This document shows, in pieces, positions 1 to 10,215 of a DNA stretch of 62,728 bases. Source of the stretch: Clostridia bacterium. GTDB taxonomy: Bacteria > Bacillota > Clostridia > Oscillospirales > CAG-272. The DNA is taken from contig JAFTXE010000125.1 in the NCBI GenBank assembly GCA_017461745.1, positions 1 to 62,728 on the forward strand. Reading direction: 5' to 3'. Numbering within the stretch: position 1 is the first letter of the stretch; every line of letters starts with the position of its first letter. A program made the position numbers and the translations under genes. A model generated the notes under the pieces. The model did no database searches. It was not told where the DNA came from and worked only from the letters and a program-made list of their open reading frames with translations.

Positions 1-338
1 CTGAACTCAACCGTATAAACAGAGCTTCCTGTGAGAGGCAGTCCTGCTACTTCTCCGCCAACAGTGTGGTACGCAGCGCTTGTAGTATTTGATTTCAAAG
101 TGAGAGTGCTTCCGTCCGTGGAAGCCTCAGTGGTTGCAGTGGTATTGTTTATATAGCTGTACGTATATTTGTTTTCGTTGAAATTGATCTTATACAGCAA
201 ATCTCCGTCTGCAGCCTCAGCGTATGTAGGGTATGTAGTCGATGTTGCTTCCACAGCACCGACCATAGGAATGCTGAGTGACAGTAACATAACAACTGTC
301 AGTAGTAGTGCAATTGTTTTTTTCATTGTTTTTCGCAT
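1..338 (-). CDS. Secreted protein, N-terminal part only (runs off the window); shares a domain with the 1098-aa phosphoesterase
   Basis: GGAGG RBS, then MRKTMKKTIALLLTVVMLLSLSIPMVGA signal peptide. The following YPTY..DGDLLYKINFNENKY...LTLKSN...GGEVAGLPL...YTVEFS matches the repeated N-terminal domain of 416..3712. Confidence 0.75.
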   Translation of the reverse strand, partial: MRKTMKKTIALLLTVVMLLSLSIPMVGAVEATSTTYPTYAEAADGDLLYKINFNENKYTYSYINNTTATTEASTDGSTLTLKSNTTSAAYHTVGGEVAGLPLTGSSVYTVEF

Positions 339-415
339 AATTTTCCTCCATGTAATTTATTTTTAGCGTCTGCGACGCAAATGGATTATTATTCAACTTA
401 AATTATGGGTAACGG

Positions 416-3400
416 CTATTTGTTTTTCTTTTTTCGGGTTTCGACTATCGCTGCCGTAACACCGACAGCGATGGTAAGTGTGCCGACGGTTGCCACTATC
501 GCGATAACAACGCCTTTTTTGTTGCTTTTGGGAGTCTCTGTGGGGGGGGGCGTTTCCGTGGTATTGTCCGTTTCTGTATCACTGGTATCTCCCGTATCGG
601 TGCTATCGCCTGTGCCGTTGTTATCTTCATTGCCATTGGTAGTACCGTTGTTTTTATTTTCTTCGTCCGTATCAGGCTCAGAGTTATCCACAAGAGTAAA
701 TTTGTCAAGCACGAGACCATCAACCTGTTTAATCGTAACGACTATCTTGTTATCCTCAACCTCAACCGACGTATACGTGGGCTGTTCGCTGTACGGAGTT
801 AGCATATTCATAAACATCTCGGCACTTGGCATATCCGTCGTTTTATTATACGTATTCGAGCCTATCGTAACATAAGTCGTACCGCTTCCCTTAGTTATTA
901 AATCGGGAGAGATTTTTGTGGCTATCTGACCGTTCTTCATCGGATAGCTTCTCGAAAGGTTATGCCAATGCCCCTGAAAAACAAGGTCAACGCCGTATTC
1001 TTCAATGAGGTTAGAAAGCCAAGAAAGATTGCTCTCTCCCGAATCCAAATCGTATATATTCTGATGGGTTATGAGTATAGTCCATCTAGCGTCTGCGTTT
1101 GCCTGCAGATCCTTAACAAGCCAATTCTTCTGCGCGTTTAACGTAGCTTCGTATTGACCTTTAACAACCTGATAATTAGCTCCTGAATTAAGCACTATAA
1201 AATGCACGTCGCCATAGTCGAAGGAGTATGTCGTTTCATCAAGATTATTTTTGACAGCAGCTGTTACACCGCCGCTTGCAAGCATACTTTGGTTGAATGC
1301 GGCACTTCCACCATTATTTGGATGATTGAAATGAGCGTCAAAGTATTCGGGAGCGAGACACTCGTGATTTCCCAGTGTCGCGAAATGAGGTATACTTGCC
1401 GTATGCTCTCCCATTGCCTTAAAAAACCAATTCCATTGATTGATAGCATTTGGCGCCGCACTCTCAGCCATATCTCCCACGTTCATAATAAATGCGGGAT
1501 TTACTGTCTCTATCGCTTGGTCTATCGCAGTCTGGGTATACATATACCCGCCCTTCGTGGCGTTGGTTCTGTTACCCCAGCTCTCGGATTGATTATCGCC
1601 TGTCATAATGAATGAAAAATTATTGACTTTTTCCGCAGCGGTTTTGAAGGTGTATACTTTACTCCAATCGTTATCGTAATTCGTGCTGTCCTTTTTGCCT
1701 ATTTGATATTCATAGGTCGTGTCTGCCTTGAGCTGAACAATATCAGCTTTAAAATAGGCTTCTACATCATTCGAAGTTGAAAGCGCTTCTTTGGTTGCGG
1801 TCACTGTCTTCCATTCGCCGCCCTGTTCTCTGTAACGCACTGCCATTTCACCGTTTCCGATAAAGGAATCAAGTGCCGTCCAAGCAAACGCTCTGTCGTA
1901 CCGCGCGTCGCTGAATGAGGTCACGAGATTATAAACCTTTGCAGCAAATCCCTCATATTGAGGTTCGGTTACGTCAAAAGCATAATCGTTAAGGGATATA
2001 TCCTCATAGTTAACGGTGGAATTTGATACGCAAGCGGCATCAAGTGAGCTTACCGTTATCCGTGTCGAGCGGCTCACCGATAAATAATGACCTCTGCGAA
2101 TGATAGCTCCGTTCGGAAGCGTGATCTCGGCAATCGTCATTTTCTGCTCGGGGGCAATACTCAGCTTTAAGTGATAAGTTCCGTTTCCGTAGTTACCCGA
2201 AACCTGAAATCCGCAAAGGCAAATGGCATCACTTGAGATGGAAACTAGCTCGTTCATACCATGTGATACTCTTACGGGCTCGCCTTGATAGTTAATATCG
2301 GCCTCGTATATGGCTTTCTTTCCCTCGGGAATGTCAAGATCTGCCTTACTTATTTCGGTACAAAGGTCACCCTTATAAATCGAAATGTCGGAAATTTCCG
2401 TATCATTTTTAGAGTAATTGCCCAAGCACAAATACAAATTATTCGTGACTTGTTTGAAGCCCTCGCCCGTTACGTTCAGCTTTATCCATACATTGCTTGT
2501 ATTGAGATAATAGAGGGCAACGGTTTTATTTGAACCGTCTATTACGAGCCTGAAACTGTATTTGCCGTTTGTATTGGCAATATTGGTAATGGTATCCCAA
2601 GTACTCATCTTACCGTTAGAGAAATCGGAAGTTTCGCGTTTTGCGCTTCCGGATTTAAGGGCAAAGCCGTATCCGCCAATCAAGCTTGTAGTATCAGCTG
2701 CGGGAGCTAATCCCACAAAGCCAGTACTGGGTAAGCTCGTGCTGAACTCAACAGTATAAAGGCTTTTACTATCAATCGGCAGTCCGTTTATCTCTCCGCC
2801 TATACAGTGAAATTCGTTGGTTGTAACATTAGATTTCAAAGTAAGAGCGCTTCCGTCGTCGGAGGGGTTGGATGTTGCAACGTTATTATTTATATTGCCG
2901 TAAACGTATTTGTTTTCCTTGAAATTCACCTTATACAGCAGATCCAAATTCTCCGCATTGTCATATTCGGAGAACTGATTGCCTTTGTATATCCTAACGT
3001 CTGAAAATATTGCCTTTTTGTTTGCCGTATAAGCCCCAAAATACAAATTCAGAGTATCGGTATCAGGGGTAAAGTTTGTTCCTATATCGGTCAATACCCA
3101 AACACCGTTTTTATTGAGATAATAGAACCGTACTGCTTTGTTAGCACTATCTACTATTGCTCTGAAATTGTATTTATTAAAATTTCTGCTCTCTACCGTT
3201 AAGGCTTCTGAAGCAATAGGGTCTCCGTATGTAATCCAGCCGTTATATTCAAAAGAAAAAGCATAACCTTTACCCTCGATAACCATTTTGTCTCTTCTTA
3301 TAGCAAATCCGTATCTATTATCGGGATCTAAAAACATATAATGTGTGGAAGATCCATCCTCCATAGCTATGCTGAAGTCAACGGTGTAGCACTGTCCCTC

Positions 3401-3712
3401 ATCAAGAGGTAGTCCGCTGATAGGACCTCCCGCGGTAGTGACCTTTCCTGTAGAACCGACAGTAAGCGTAGCAGAAGTCCCTGACAACGTATCAACTGCT
3501 CCCGTACTCTCTTTCAGCTTAAAATCATAGCGTCCATCGCCATTGAAATTGGCTTGGTATATCAATTCTCCGTCATTTATTTGGTCATACATAGGATAAC
3601 TCTTCGTGTTCGCATCATCGACATCGACGGCACCGACTACCGGAGCGGCAATTGAGCATAATGTAATAGCAGTCAATACCAAGGCAATTACTTTGTTCAC
3701 TGTTATTTTCAC
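416..3712 (-). CDS. Cell-surface purple-acid-phosphatase-like metallophosphoesterase (FN3-like + calcineurin-like domain, C-terminal membrane anchor)
   Basis: Signal peptide; motifs GDNQ, GDMAE, GNHE, THQ, GHWH; T/D/E-rich linker, then a hydrophobic helix and a KKKNK tail. Confidence 0.85.
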   Translation of the reverse strand: MKITVNKVIALVLTAITLCSIAAPVVGAVDVDDANTKSYPMYDQINDGELIYQANFNGDGRYDFKLKESTGAVDTLSGTSATLTVGSTGKVTTAGGPISGLPLDEGQCYTVDFSIAMEDGSSTHYMFLDPDNRYGFAIRRDKMVIEGKGYAFSFEYNGWITYGDPIASEALTVESRNFNKYNFRAIVDSANKAVRFYYLNKNGVWVLTDIGTNFTPDTDTLNLYFGAYTANKKAIFSDVRIYKGNQFSEYDNAENLDLLYKVNFKENKYVYGNINNNVATSNPSDDGSALTLKSNVTTNEFHCIGGEINGLPIDSKSLYTVEFSTSLPSTGFVGLAPAADTTSLIGGYGFALKSGSAKRETSDFSNGKMSTWDTITNIANTNGKYSFRLVIDGSNKTVALYYLNTSNVWIKLNVTGEGFKQVTNNLYLCLGNYSKNDTEISDISIYKGDLCTEISKADLDIPEGKKAIYEADINYQGEPVRVSHGMNELVSISSDAICLCGFQVSGNYGNGTYHLKLSIAPEQKMTIAEITLPNGAIIRRGHYLSVSRSTRITVSSLDAACVSNSTVNYEDISLNDYAFDVTEPQYEGFAAKVYNLVTSFSDARYDRAFAWTALDSFIGNGEMAVRYREQGGEWKTVTATKEALSTSNDVEAYFKADIVQLKADTTYEYQIGKKDSTNYDNDWSKVYTFKTAAEKVNNFSFIMTGDNQSESWGNRTNATKGGYMYTQTAIDQAIETVNPAFIMNVGDMAESAAPNAINQWNWFFKAMGEHTASIPHFATLGNHECLAPEYFDAHFNHPNNGGSAAFNQSMLASGGVTAAVKNNLDETTYSFDYGDVHFIVLNSGANYQVVKGQYEATLNAQKNWLVKDLQANADARWTILITHQNIYDLDSGESNLSWLSNLIEEYGVDLVFQGHWHNLSRSYPMKNGQIATKISPDLITKGSGTTYVTIGSNTYNKTTDMPSAEMFMNMLTPYSEQPTYTSVEVEDNKIVVTIKQVDGLVLDKFTLVDNSEPDTDEENKNNGTTNGNEDNNGTGDSTDTGDTSDTETDNTTETPPPTETPKSNKKGVVIAIVATVGTLTIAVGVTAAIVETRKKKNK

Positions 3713-3724
3713 AAATCGGCCTCC

Positions 3725-5401
3725 TTATCTTAAACAAAAATTTGTTACAACTGCAGGGTGGTCGGAAGGACGCATATCAACACCGCCGATATTTACCGTT
3801 CTCGGCATCGAGTAATGCTTTATAACATGTACGCTTTCGGGAGTTACGAACACAAAATCAAGTGTTGAATCGGTAACGCAGTCGCTTGTCATATCTATGG
3901 AGTTCCAATATCCCGCCTCGCGTATCTGAGTGTGGTATACCTCGGTTCTCACCGCGTTGAAATCTCCCGTAAGTACGATTGGGTAATTTATTTTATCAAG
4001 AAGCTCTATAAGATATTTCCAATGATGCGGTTTTTCCGCCGCCTCAAAGCCGAGATGCGTATTTGCATGGGCAAATGTCTTTCCTGTTTCCTTGTCTTTA
4101 AGCACCGCATAGGTCAATATACGGTATTGTACCGAGCCTGTATATTTAGACTTTATTGTTGGAGTTTTGGTAAGCCAAAGAGTTTTAGTCTCTACCAGCT
4201 CAAACTTATCCTTACGATAGAAGATCGGATTTCTCCACTTCTGTCCCTTTGGGTCGTTCATCTCGCCAACAACGCCGTATTCATCTCCAAGAGCCTCGCA
4301 AAGCGCACCGTACCAATATTCGGTACACTCCTGCGCTCCGAGAATATCGGGGCTGACAGTACGAATATGCGTAAGTACAGCTTCCGTTCGTTCCTCCGGT
4401 GTTCCGCACCAGCCATCGATCTTTTCAAACAGTAGATTGAAGCTCATTACGGTGTATTCCTTATCGGAAAATTCGCAAATCTTGTCTTCGGTAGATACAT
4501 TCAGTACGCCGTTTGCAGCTTTGTTTGAGTCAAGATACACTTCTTTGAAGGTAAGTATCGCTTCGCGTATCGCCGCATCACTGTTGCCAGTGAGCCATAT
4601 CTTTCCTTCGGCGAAGTATATAACACCCTCGTTATCAGAGCATTCTGCAAGGAGTGTCTCCAATTCTGTCGGTATGTCACGAGAAGCATTCTTTCCTACC
4701 ACTATCTCGCAATCCGTTGCAGCTGATTTGGAATTAAAAATTTTCAGTCCAAAGCCAAAATTGTCAACACAATAATTATGAAGAGCTTCCATATCATAAC
4801 TTACTGCCTGAGCCACACCGTCGGCAACTATGACTGCATAATCCTTAAGAAACCTATCACCGATTTTTACAGTCACATTTTTCTCGGTAAGATATTCCTC
4901 TATCAAAAGATCCGCTCTTATTTCAAGCGTCGTTCTTTCTTCCGAAAGATAATCGCCTATAAATCGCTCTACAGCTTCTTTGGTTTTATCAGAACAACCG
5001 CCGCAGATCACAAGGTCTTCACCGCTAACGGAAATGATATAATCGTTATAACCCAATTTCTCGGCTATATCACCTACCGCTTGGCGGCTGACTACACCAA
5101 CACATATCGCTTTTTTATCACTTGCTTGCGAATCGTCAACGATTTCAAGCGTTACGCCGCATTTTTCTTTAATAGCATTTCGCAAATCAAGGGCTGCCTG
5201 TCGCTCTGTGCTATCTGCGTTTACGGAGCGAAGAATCATATATTCACTCTGTCCTTCGCTGACGATCATCAACGAAGGAACAGAGCTTTCGGTTTCTTTT
5301 GTATCTTCCTTATCTTTTTTACATCCTATCAATGCGGCAGATAAGGTAACAATGACAAGCAAAAATGAAATTATCCTTTTGTATGTCTTTGAGAATTTCA
5401 T
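3725..5401 (-). CDS. Lipoprotein with C-terminal endonuclease/exonuclease/phosphatase (EEP) domain
   Basis: Lipobox LIGC; EEP motifs SFNL, GAQE, NTHL, GDFNA, SDH. Confidence 0.85.
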   Translation of the reverse strand: MKFSKTYKRIISFLLVIVTLSAALIGCKKDKEDTKETESSVPSLMIVSEGQSEYMILRSVNADSTERQAALDLRNAIKEKCGVTLEIVDDSQASDKKAICVGVVSRQAVGDIAEKLGYNDYIISVSGEDLVICGGCSDKTKEAVERFIGDYLSEERTTLEIRADLLIEEYLTEKNVTVKIGDRFLKDYAVIVADGVAQAVSYDMEALHNYCVDNFGFGLKIFNSKSAATDCEIVVGKNASRDIPTELETLLAECSDNEGVIYFAEGKIWLTGNSDAAIREAILTFKEVYLDSNKAANGVLNVSTEDKICEFSDKEYTVMSFNLLFEKIDGWCGTPEERTEAVLTHIRTVSPDILGAQECTEYWYGALCEALGDEYGVVGEMNDPKGQKWRNPIFYRKDKFELVETKTLWLTKTPTIKSKYTGSVQYRILTYAVLKDKETGKTFAHANTHLGFEAAEKPHHWKYLIELLDKINYPIVLTGDFNAVRTEVYHTQIREAGYWNSIDMTSDCVTDSTLDFVFVTPESVHVIKHYSMPRTVNIGGVDMRPSDHPAVVTNFCLR

Positions 5402-5414
5402 TATTTTATCCTCA

Positions 5415-6902
5415 TTATTTAGTAGAAGCAGAAATATTTGACAACATTGTGTTTATATTCTGCTTGATACCTGCAACATCGGACATCCACGTACCCGAAT
5501 TAGTGTTGATTGCAGAACGGAAAATTCCTGTGGGAGTGCCATTCCAACCATAGCTTGATTCAAAGACCGAATGGAATATTCTCGTTGAATCCACATATGC
5601 CCCTGCTCGGATGTAGTCGTACATTTCTGCATCAATGGAATCGCTGGAAAATCTACTCTTGAAAACTCTTTCAAAAAGAGCAGGTGAGGAAGATCTGTAA
5701 GCCTCGGAGTTCATACATTCAAGAACTGCCGCAGACATATCGGGATCTTTTGCATTGTTGGGTATGCTAAATGTCGTATAAGCGAAACCAAGTAAAGAAT
5801 AGTAGTCTTCCTGATCCGCTGTAACCTTGGGGTAAGGGAGAACACCGTATTTAAAGGGAACGTTTGCAAAATCGTCCATAACCTCTCCCGACACACCGCC
5901 AAATAAAGCATTTCCGCCTAATACAACACTCTTATCCGGCTTATTATACCAATCGTCAGTAGAATGCTTTTGGGTAGCAATATTTGTTATCAAAGTATGT
6001 GTTTTCTCACCCAAGAAATCATCTGTAAGACTCAAAACTCCATCACTGTTTTCGCTTGACATCTTCATTCCCGAAGCAGCCATCCAACAATCGGGCTCTA
6101 CTGATGAATAATAAGCATAGCCGTAAGCATCACCGGCGGTTTTTCCATCTTCATTGTCCAATTCCGCTCCTATGCCTTTGGTCATTTCTTTCATTTTTTC
6201 AAGAGTCCAAGTACCGTCCTTTACCATCTGGCGAGGGTCATCAAGATGATGCTGCTCGAGCATATTTAGATTTACTGTCAAAAAATGCAACGCATAAATA
6301 TAACTGTTTGCGATATCTCCTGTGGCAAAATAAAGCTTGCCGCCCAGCTCACTTCTTTCAATAAGAGAATCTGACCACCAAGGCTTTTCAAAATCCAAAT
6401 ATTCAAGATCGTAGAGATTGCAGATAATACCATTTGTCGCAAGCGTTCCGCCGCACATACTATACGAACCGATAAGATCAAAAGCATTATCACCACCGGC
6501 ATAAGCCGTGTTGATTACATATGCAACATAATCAGATTGGTTGTTAAAATTACCGGGAATAAATGTTGCATTGATTTTGATATTCAGGCGGCTTTCAACA
6601 GTTTTATTTCTCGCATACAAAGCAGAAGATACAGCAGATCCGGAACCTTCCTCCACCCAGAAGTCATCTACATATCCGTCATCCCAGCCAAGTATATTGA
6701 ATTCATATCCGCCAAAATCAAGCTCCGGAAGGCTATCTTTAAGATAACCGTTTTTGTCATAGAGATCATCAGATTCTGATACATCGGAAGAAATCGAGTC
6801 GCTTACCGAATCGTTTTCCTCATTGTCCTTTTTAGAACACGATATTACCATAGGTAAAAGCATAAGTAGTACTAAAGTAATTGCTAAAATTTTCTTGATC
6901 AT
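5415..6902 (-). CDS. Extracellular solute-binding lipoprotein (ABC-type, carbohydrate-binding-like family)
   Basis: Lipobox VISC; LPELDFGGY, GTWTLE, YGVLPYPK segments typical of clostridial solute-binding proteins. Confidence 0.8.
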   Translation of the reverse strand: MIKKILAITLVLLMLLPMVISCSKKDNEENDSVSDSISSDVSESDDLYDKNGYLKDSLPELDFGGYEFNILGWDDGYVDDFWVEEGSGSAVSSALYARNKTVESRLNIKINATFIPGNFNNQSDYVAYVINTAYAGGDNAFDLIGSYSMCGGTLATNGIICNLYDLEYLDFEKPWWSDSLIERSELGGKLYFATGDIANSYIYALHFLTVNLNMLEQHHLDDPRQMVKDGTWTLEKMKEMTKGIGAELDNEDGKTAGDAYGYAYYSSVEPDCWMAASGMKMSSENSDGVLSLTDDFLGEKTHTLITNIATQKHSTDDWYNKPDKSVVLGGNALFGGVSGEVMDDFANVPFKYGVLPYPKVTADQEDYYSLLGFAYTTFSIPNNAKDPDMSAAVLECMNSEAYRSSSPALFERVFKSRFSSDSIDAEMYDYIRAGAYVDSTRIFHSVFESSYGWNGTPTGIFRSAINTNSGTWMSDVAGIKQNINTMLSNISASTK

Positions 6903-6928
6903 TTCTAAAATTCCTTTCTAAATTTTAA

Positions 6929-7879
6929 TTATTTTACAAGCTCGAAAATATCGTCATTTGTAATTCCAACAGCCTCCGCGATTGCATCGCCTTTGTTTAT
7001 GGTAGGAAGCACATCAACACGATGCGCGTCTGTGCCAAATGCAAATTTTACTCCGCACTCTTTAGCGAGCCGCATAACCTTTACAAGAGGCTCTCTTTCA
7101 AGATCGTCAATAAGTCTATATGTATTTACATTTACGTCAAACGCAATTCCCATTTTAGCTGCTTTCAAAAATGCTTGACGCATACGTTCTTTATCAATCA
7201 AGTTATATTCCTGTTCAACGCGACCAATCGTTCCACAAGGATAAAAGGGATGCGCGATTATAACGGGAATCGTGTGTGTCAGCTTTTCAAGCTCGGGATT
7301 TTCAAGAAGCTGCTCAAAGCTCTTCATCATGAACTCGGCAACTACCTCGTCGTATTCTTCCCAGCTATAATCGAGTGCAGGCATCGTATCGGGAAGCTTG
7401 AAGGTGTTCGCTATAGCTTGAGCTTTTTTTTCCGACATCCAAGGAAAAGCCTCACGCAGCTGATTGGGAAAGGTTGCTCTGAATTCGGCAAGCTTATCCG
7501 TCATAGGAATAACAAAGCCTTCCATATGAGTGTGCGTATGTGGTATAAGCACATAATCAAGCACCGAGGCGTTCTCCGCTCGAAGCGCCAAGGTGTCGGA
7601 TTTACCGCAATATTCAACCTCTGCGCCGAACAGTATTTTCATTCCACAGTTGTCAGCGGCAAATATCCGTTCTTTTTCGGGAAGAATATGCGCAAAGGTC
7701 TGTTTATGATAAAAGTTACTCTCTCCCTCAACAGATTCGTCCCAAAGGTGATTGGAAAATCCGAACATCGTGTGTCCAAGCTCTGCGGCGGCTCGAATGA
7801 AATTTTCGGGAGTTGCCATTCTATCGGAGCAACAGCTCGATATCTCCGTATGTGTGTGAATGTCGTGATGAAATTTCAT
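6929..7879 (-). CDS. PHP-domain phosphoesterase
   Basis: DIHTHT, SNH, AHP and GTDAH metal-binding motifs. Confidence 0.85.
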   Translation of the reverse strand: MKFHHDIHTHTEISSCCSDRMATPENFIRAAAELGHTMFGFSNHLWDESVEGESNFYHKQTFAHILPEKERIFAADNCGMKILFGAEVEYCGKSDTLALRAENASVLDYVLIPHTHTHMEGFVIPMTDKLAEFRATFPNQLREAFPWMSEKKAQAIANTFKLPDTMPALDYSWEEYDEVVAEFMMKSFEQLLENPELEKLTHTIPVIIAHPFYPCGTIGRVEQEYNLIDKERMRQAFLKAAKMGIAFDVNVNTYRLIDDLEREPLVKVMRLAKECGVKFAFGTDAHRVDVLPTINKGDAIAEAVGITNDDIFELVK

Positions 7880-7903
7880 ATTTTTCCTTCTCTATAAAAT
7901 CAC

Positions 7904-8680
7904 TCAATCGTTAAATTTTGAGTGAAATTCTTTAATTGTTCTACCTGTGTGGTATCTGTAGTATTTGTTTAACGCATTCGGATTCGGAAACCCGAATTTT
8001 TTTGCAATAGCGCTTGTCGAAGCGTTGGTTGACATAAGACATTCTTCTATGCGCTTTATTCTAAGCTCATTGATATAAGCTTTTACAGTAATATGCTCTG
8101 TAGCTAAAAACAACCGCTGTGTATGCTGAACAGAAAATCCGAAATGGTGGGCAACATCGTTTAGCGTGATACGGCGGTGTATAGAATTGTCTATATAGAC
8201 CTTTATCTTTTCTACTATGGTAATATCTTCTTTGGGTACAGTATAGCCTTCTCTACTGTGCTGATATGATATCTCATAAAGCAATGAGCTGAGCAGGGCG
8301 TTCTTTATTTCCTGACTATACCCCACGTTTTTAGAAACATCTGTCAATAACGCATACAAGACTCTTATATTCGCCGTATTGGCAACAGTAAAATGGCTCA
8401 AAAAATTCGGGGGAACATCTGCCGAAAAAATGACATGGTAAAAGCACGTAGGTTTTTCAGAGCCACGGTATCCCCTGCTTATACTTCCTTGAGGCATAAA
8501 TAAAAACTCATTTTTTTTAACGGTATATCTCGTATCCTCAAGCTCCATATAGAGTACGCCCTCGGTTACAAAAATCATATTGTATGGCGATCCGCGGCGA
8601 CGCTCGGCATATTGCCACGATGGGGAATCAACGTAGAAAAAATTGGCAACGCGAAGATTGCATTTTTCAATTCCTTCCAT
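7904..8680 (-). CDS. AraC-family transcriptional regulator
   Basis: N-terminal cupin-like domain; C-terminal double HTH (ITLNDVAHHFGFS ... IAKKFGFPN). Confidence 0.85.
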   Translation of the reverse strand: MEGIEKCNLRVANFFYVDSPSWQYAERRRGSPYNMIFVTEGVLYMELEDTRYTVKKNEFLFMPQGSISRGYRGSEKPTCFYHVIFSADVPPNFLSHFTVANTANIRVLYALLTDVSKNVGYSQEIKNALLSSLLYEISYQHSREGYTVPKEDITIVEKIKVYIDNSIHRRITLNDVAHHFGFSVQHTQRLFLATEHITVKAYINELRIKRIEECLMSTNASTSAIAKKFGFPNPNALNKYYRYHTGRTIKEFHSKFND

Positions 8681-9020
8681 ATAGTGTTTCCTTTCTTTTT
8701 TGATTACGATATACAGTTATTCGCATTAAAAGTTTATCATAATTTCTGTTTGTTTTCAATATCGCCGATACTTCAAGTTGATTTTTGGTATTAAATGTTC
8801 ATTATTTGCCGTTGACATAATCATTTCATAATCATTTAGTATAAATTCACCATAAGCAATATCGGTTTTTATTGGAATTATTCTGATTTGAAGAATTACA
8901 TAATGTCATCATTTGTTTTTCAAAATTTGATTCTTGCAATATTGATTATATTTTTATCAATATTATTGGCATAATTCACCGCCGCATACGCCCCGCCTTT
9001 TTCTCGCTCAATATAACAAA

Positions 9021-9524
9021 TTACGAAATCTCTTCATCACCCAATACTTCCGCTCTCATAGCTAATTCATGTATTGTTTTAAAATAGATTTCCGGAGAGA
9101 TTGTGTAAAAGAACATCTCAAACAGTACCTTTTCTCTCCATTCACTACTATGTACAGTGCTCGGTCTGTAAAGCTCCATAGTCCCCTGCTCAATAAAGTA
9201 ATCAGCCCCATCTTCATATTTGATTTTGAGCTCTACCAAGAAATCAACCGTTTTGCCAATATCTTCGTATGATGAGTCGGAATGATTACGCCCGTAATAC
9301 CTTATCTGTATATCACGCACTTTATCATATATCTCTTGGTTGTTATTGACAGCAAGAACTTCGGGATTGGCACTCAGATACACCAAAATATGAAAAGCCA
9401 AACGCCGCCAAGATTTCATCATGTCTATCCGTAAATTTCTCTCTGTCTTGCTATCGATTTTGTACCCAATCTTTCGTATTTTTCTTAGCTTTCTTAACGC
9501 TTTTCTCCTACTTATTTTCCTCAT
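9021..9524 (-). CDS. Hypothetical protein
   Basis: Long ORF overlapping the end of the upstream gene; start uncertain. Confidence 0.5.
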   Translation of the reverse strand: MRKISRRKALRKLRKIRKIGYKIDSKTERNLRIDMMKSWRRLAFHILVYLSANPEVLAVNNNQEIYDKVRDIQIRYYGRNHSDSSYEDIGKTVDFLVELKIKYEDGADYFIEQGTMELYRPSTVHSSEWREKVLFEMFFYTISPEIYFKTIHELAMRAEVLGDEEIS

Positions 9525-9993
9525 TTTCAATATCCTCGGCACTTCCAATATTAACAACTTTTTTATTTAGTTTCTTTGCGTATTTAACTGCGGAATATGC
9601 TCCACCTTCTTCATGTTCTATGTAGGCAATAACCAAATCCGCGGTGTCAACCATCCAACGATTTCGGAGCGTTATCGCCGCCTTGGGGTGCGCTCTGCCT
9701 ATTGCATCGGGAATAACTATTTCATCGTAATAATCTGCATAGTATTCAATGTCCTTTACGGTGTATGGCAGTGTCAGTATCATCACGTTGTTGTCTCTGT
9801 CCAACTGCTTTTGCACTCGCTTTATGACAGACGCGACAAACTCGTCAAAGTCGCCGTTTCTGCCTATGTAAAACTCCACGTATTCCTTTGTCAAGATAAG
9901 CTCCTTTAGTATCGGGACGAGCTTTTCTTCTATCTCTCTGAGTCTATCTATTCTTCTGTGTCCGAAGAATGCGACACGGTATATATCGGTCAT
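9508..9993 (-). CDS. SLOG/YspA(DUF1273)-like small protein
   Basis: FFGHR, GRNGDFD, RNRWMVD..D.VIAY and GGAY.AVKYA motifs. Confidence 0.7.
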   Translation of the reverse strand: MTDIYRVAFFGHRRIDRLREIEEKLVPILKELILTKEYVEFYIGRNGDFDEFVASVIKRVQKQLDRDNNVMILTLPYTVKDIEYYADYYDEIVIPDAIGRAHPKAAITLRNRWMVDTADLVIAYIEHEEGGAYSAVKYAKKLNKKVVNIGSAEDIENEENK

Positions 9994-10215
9994 ATTAGAT
10001 GCACCTTTTCCTTCGACAAAATTTCACCTATTAGTGTATTAGGCGTACAACATAATTGCATTTTGTTCCGCTATTATCCGTAAATAGAAAAAATACATTG
10101 AGAAAACTTCAATGTAAAGCGGTTTTATTGACTTTTTGCGGGTGTTATGGTACAATATTTATGGTGAATTTGTCCTCTAATACACTAATAGATGGTTGTT
10201 CAAAAGCCCTTGAAA

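Noticed and set aside
542-550. Poly-G tract as a phase-variation site
   Set aside because: It encodes the TPPP linker in an intact frame near the C-terminus; nothing indicates slippage.
7022-7897. Long plus-strand ORFs opposite real genes (also 38004..38765, 23342..23938, 49146..49742 and others)
   Set aside because: Antisense shadows of well-supported minus-strand genes, without recognisable motifs.
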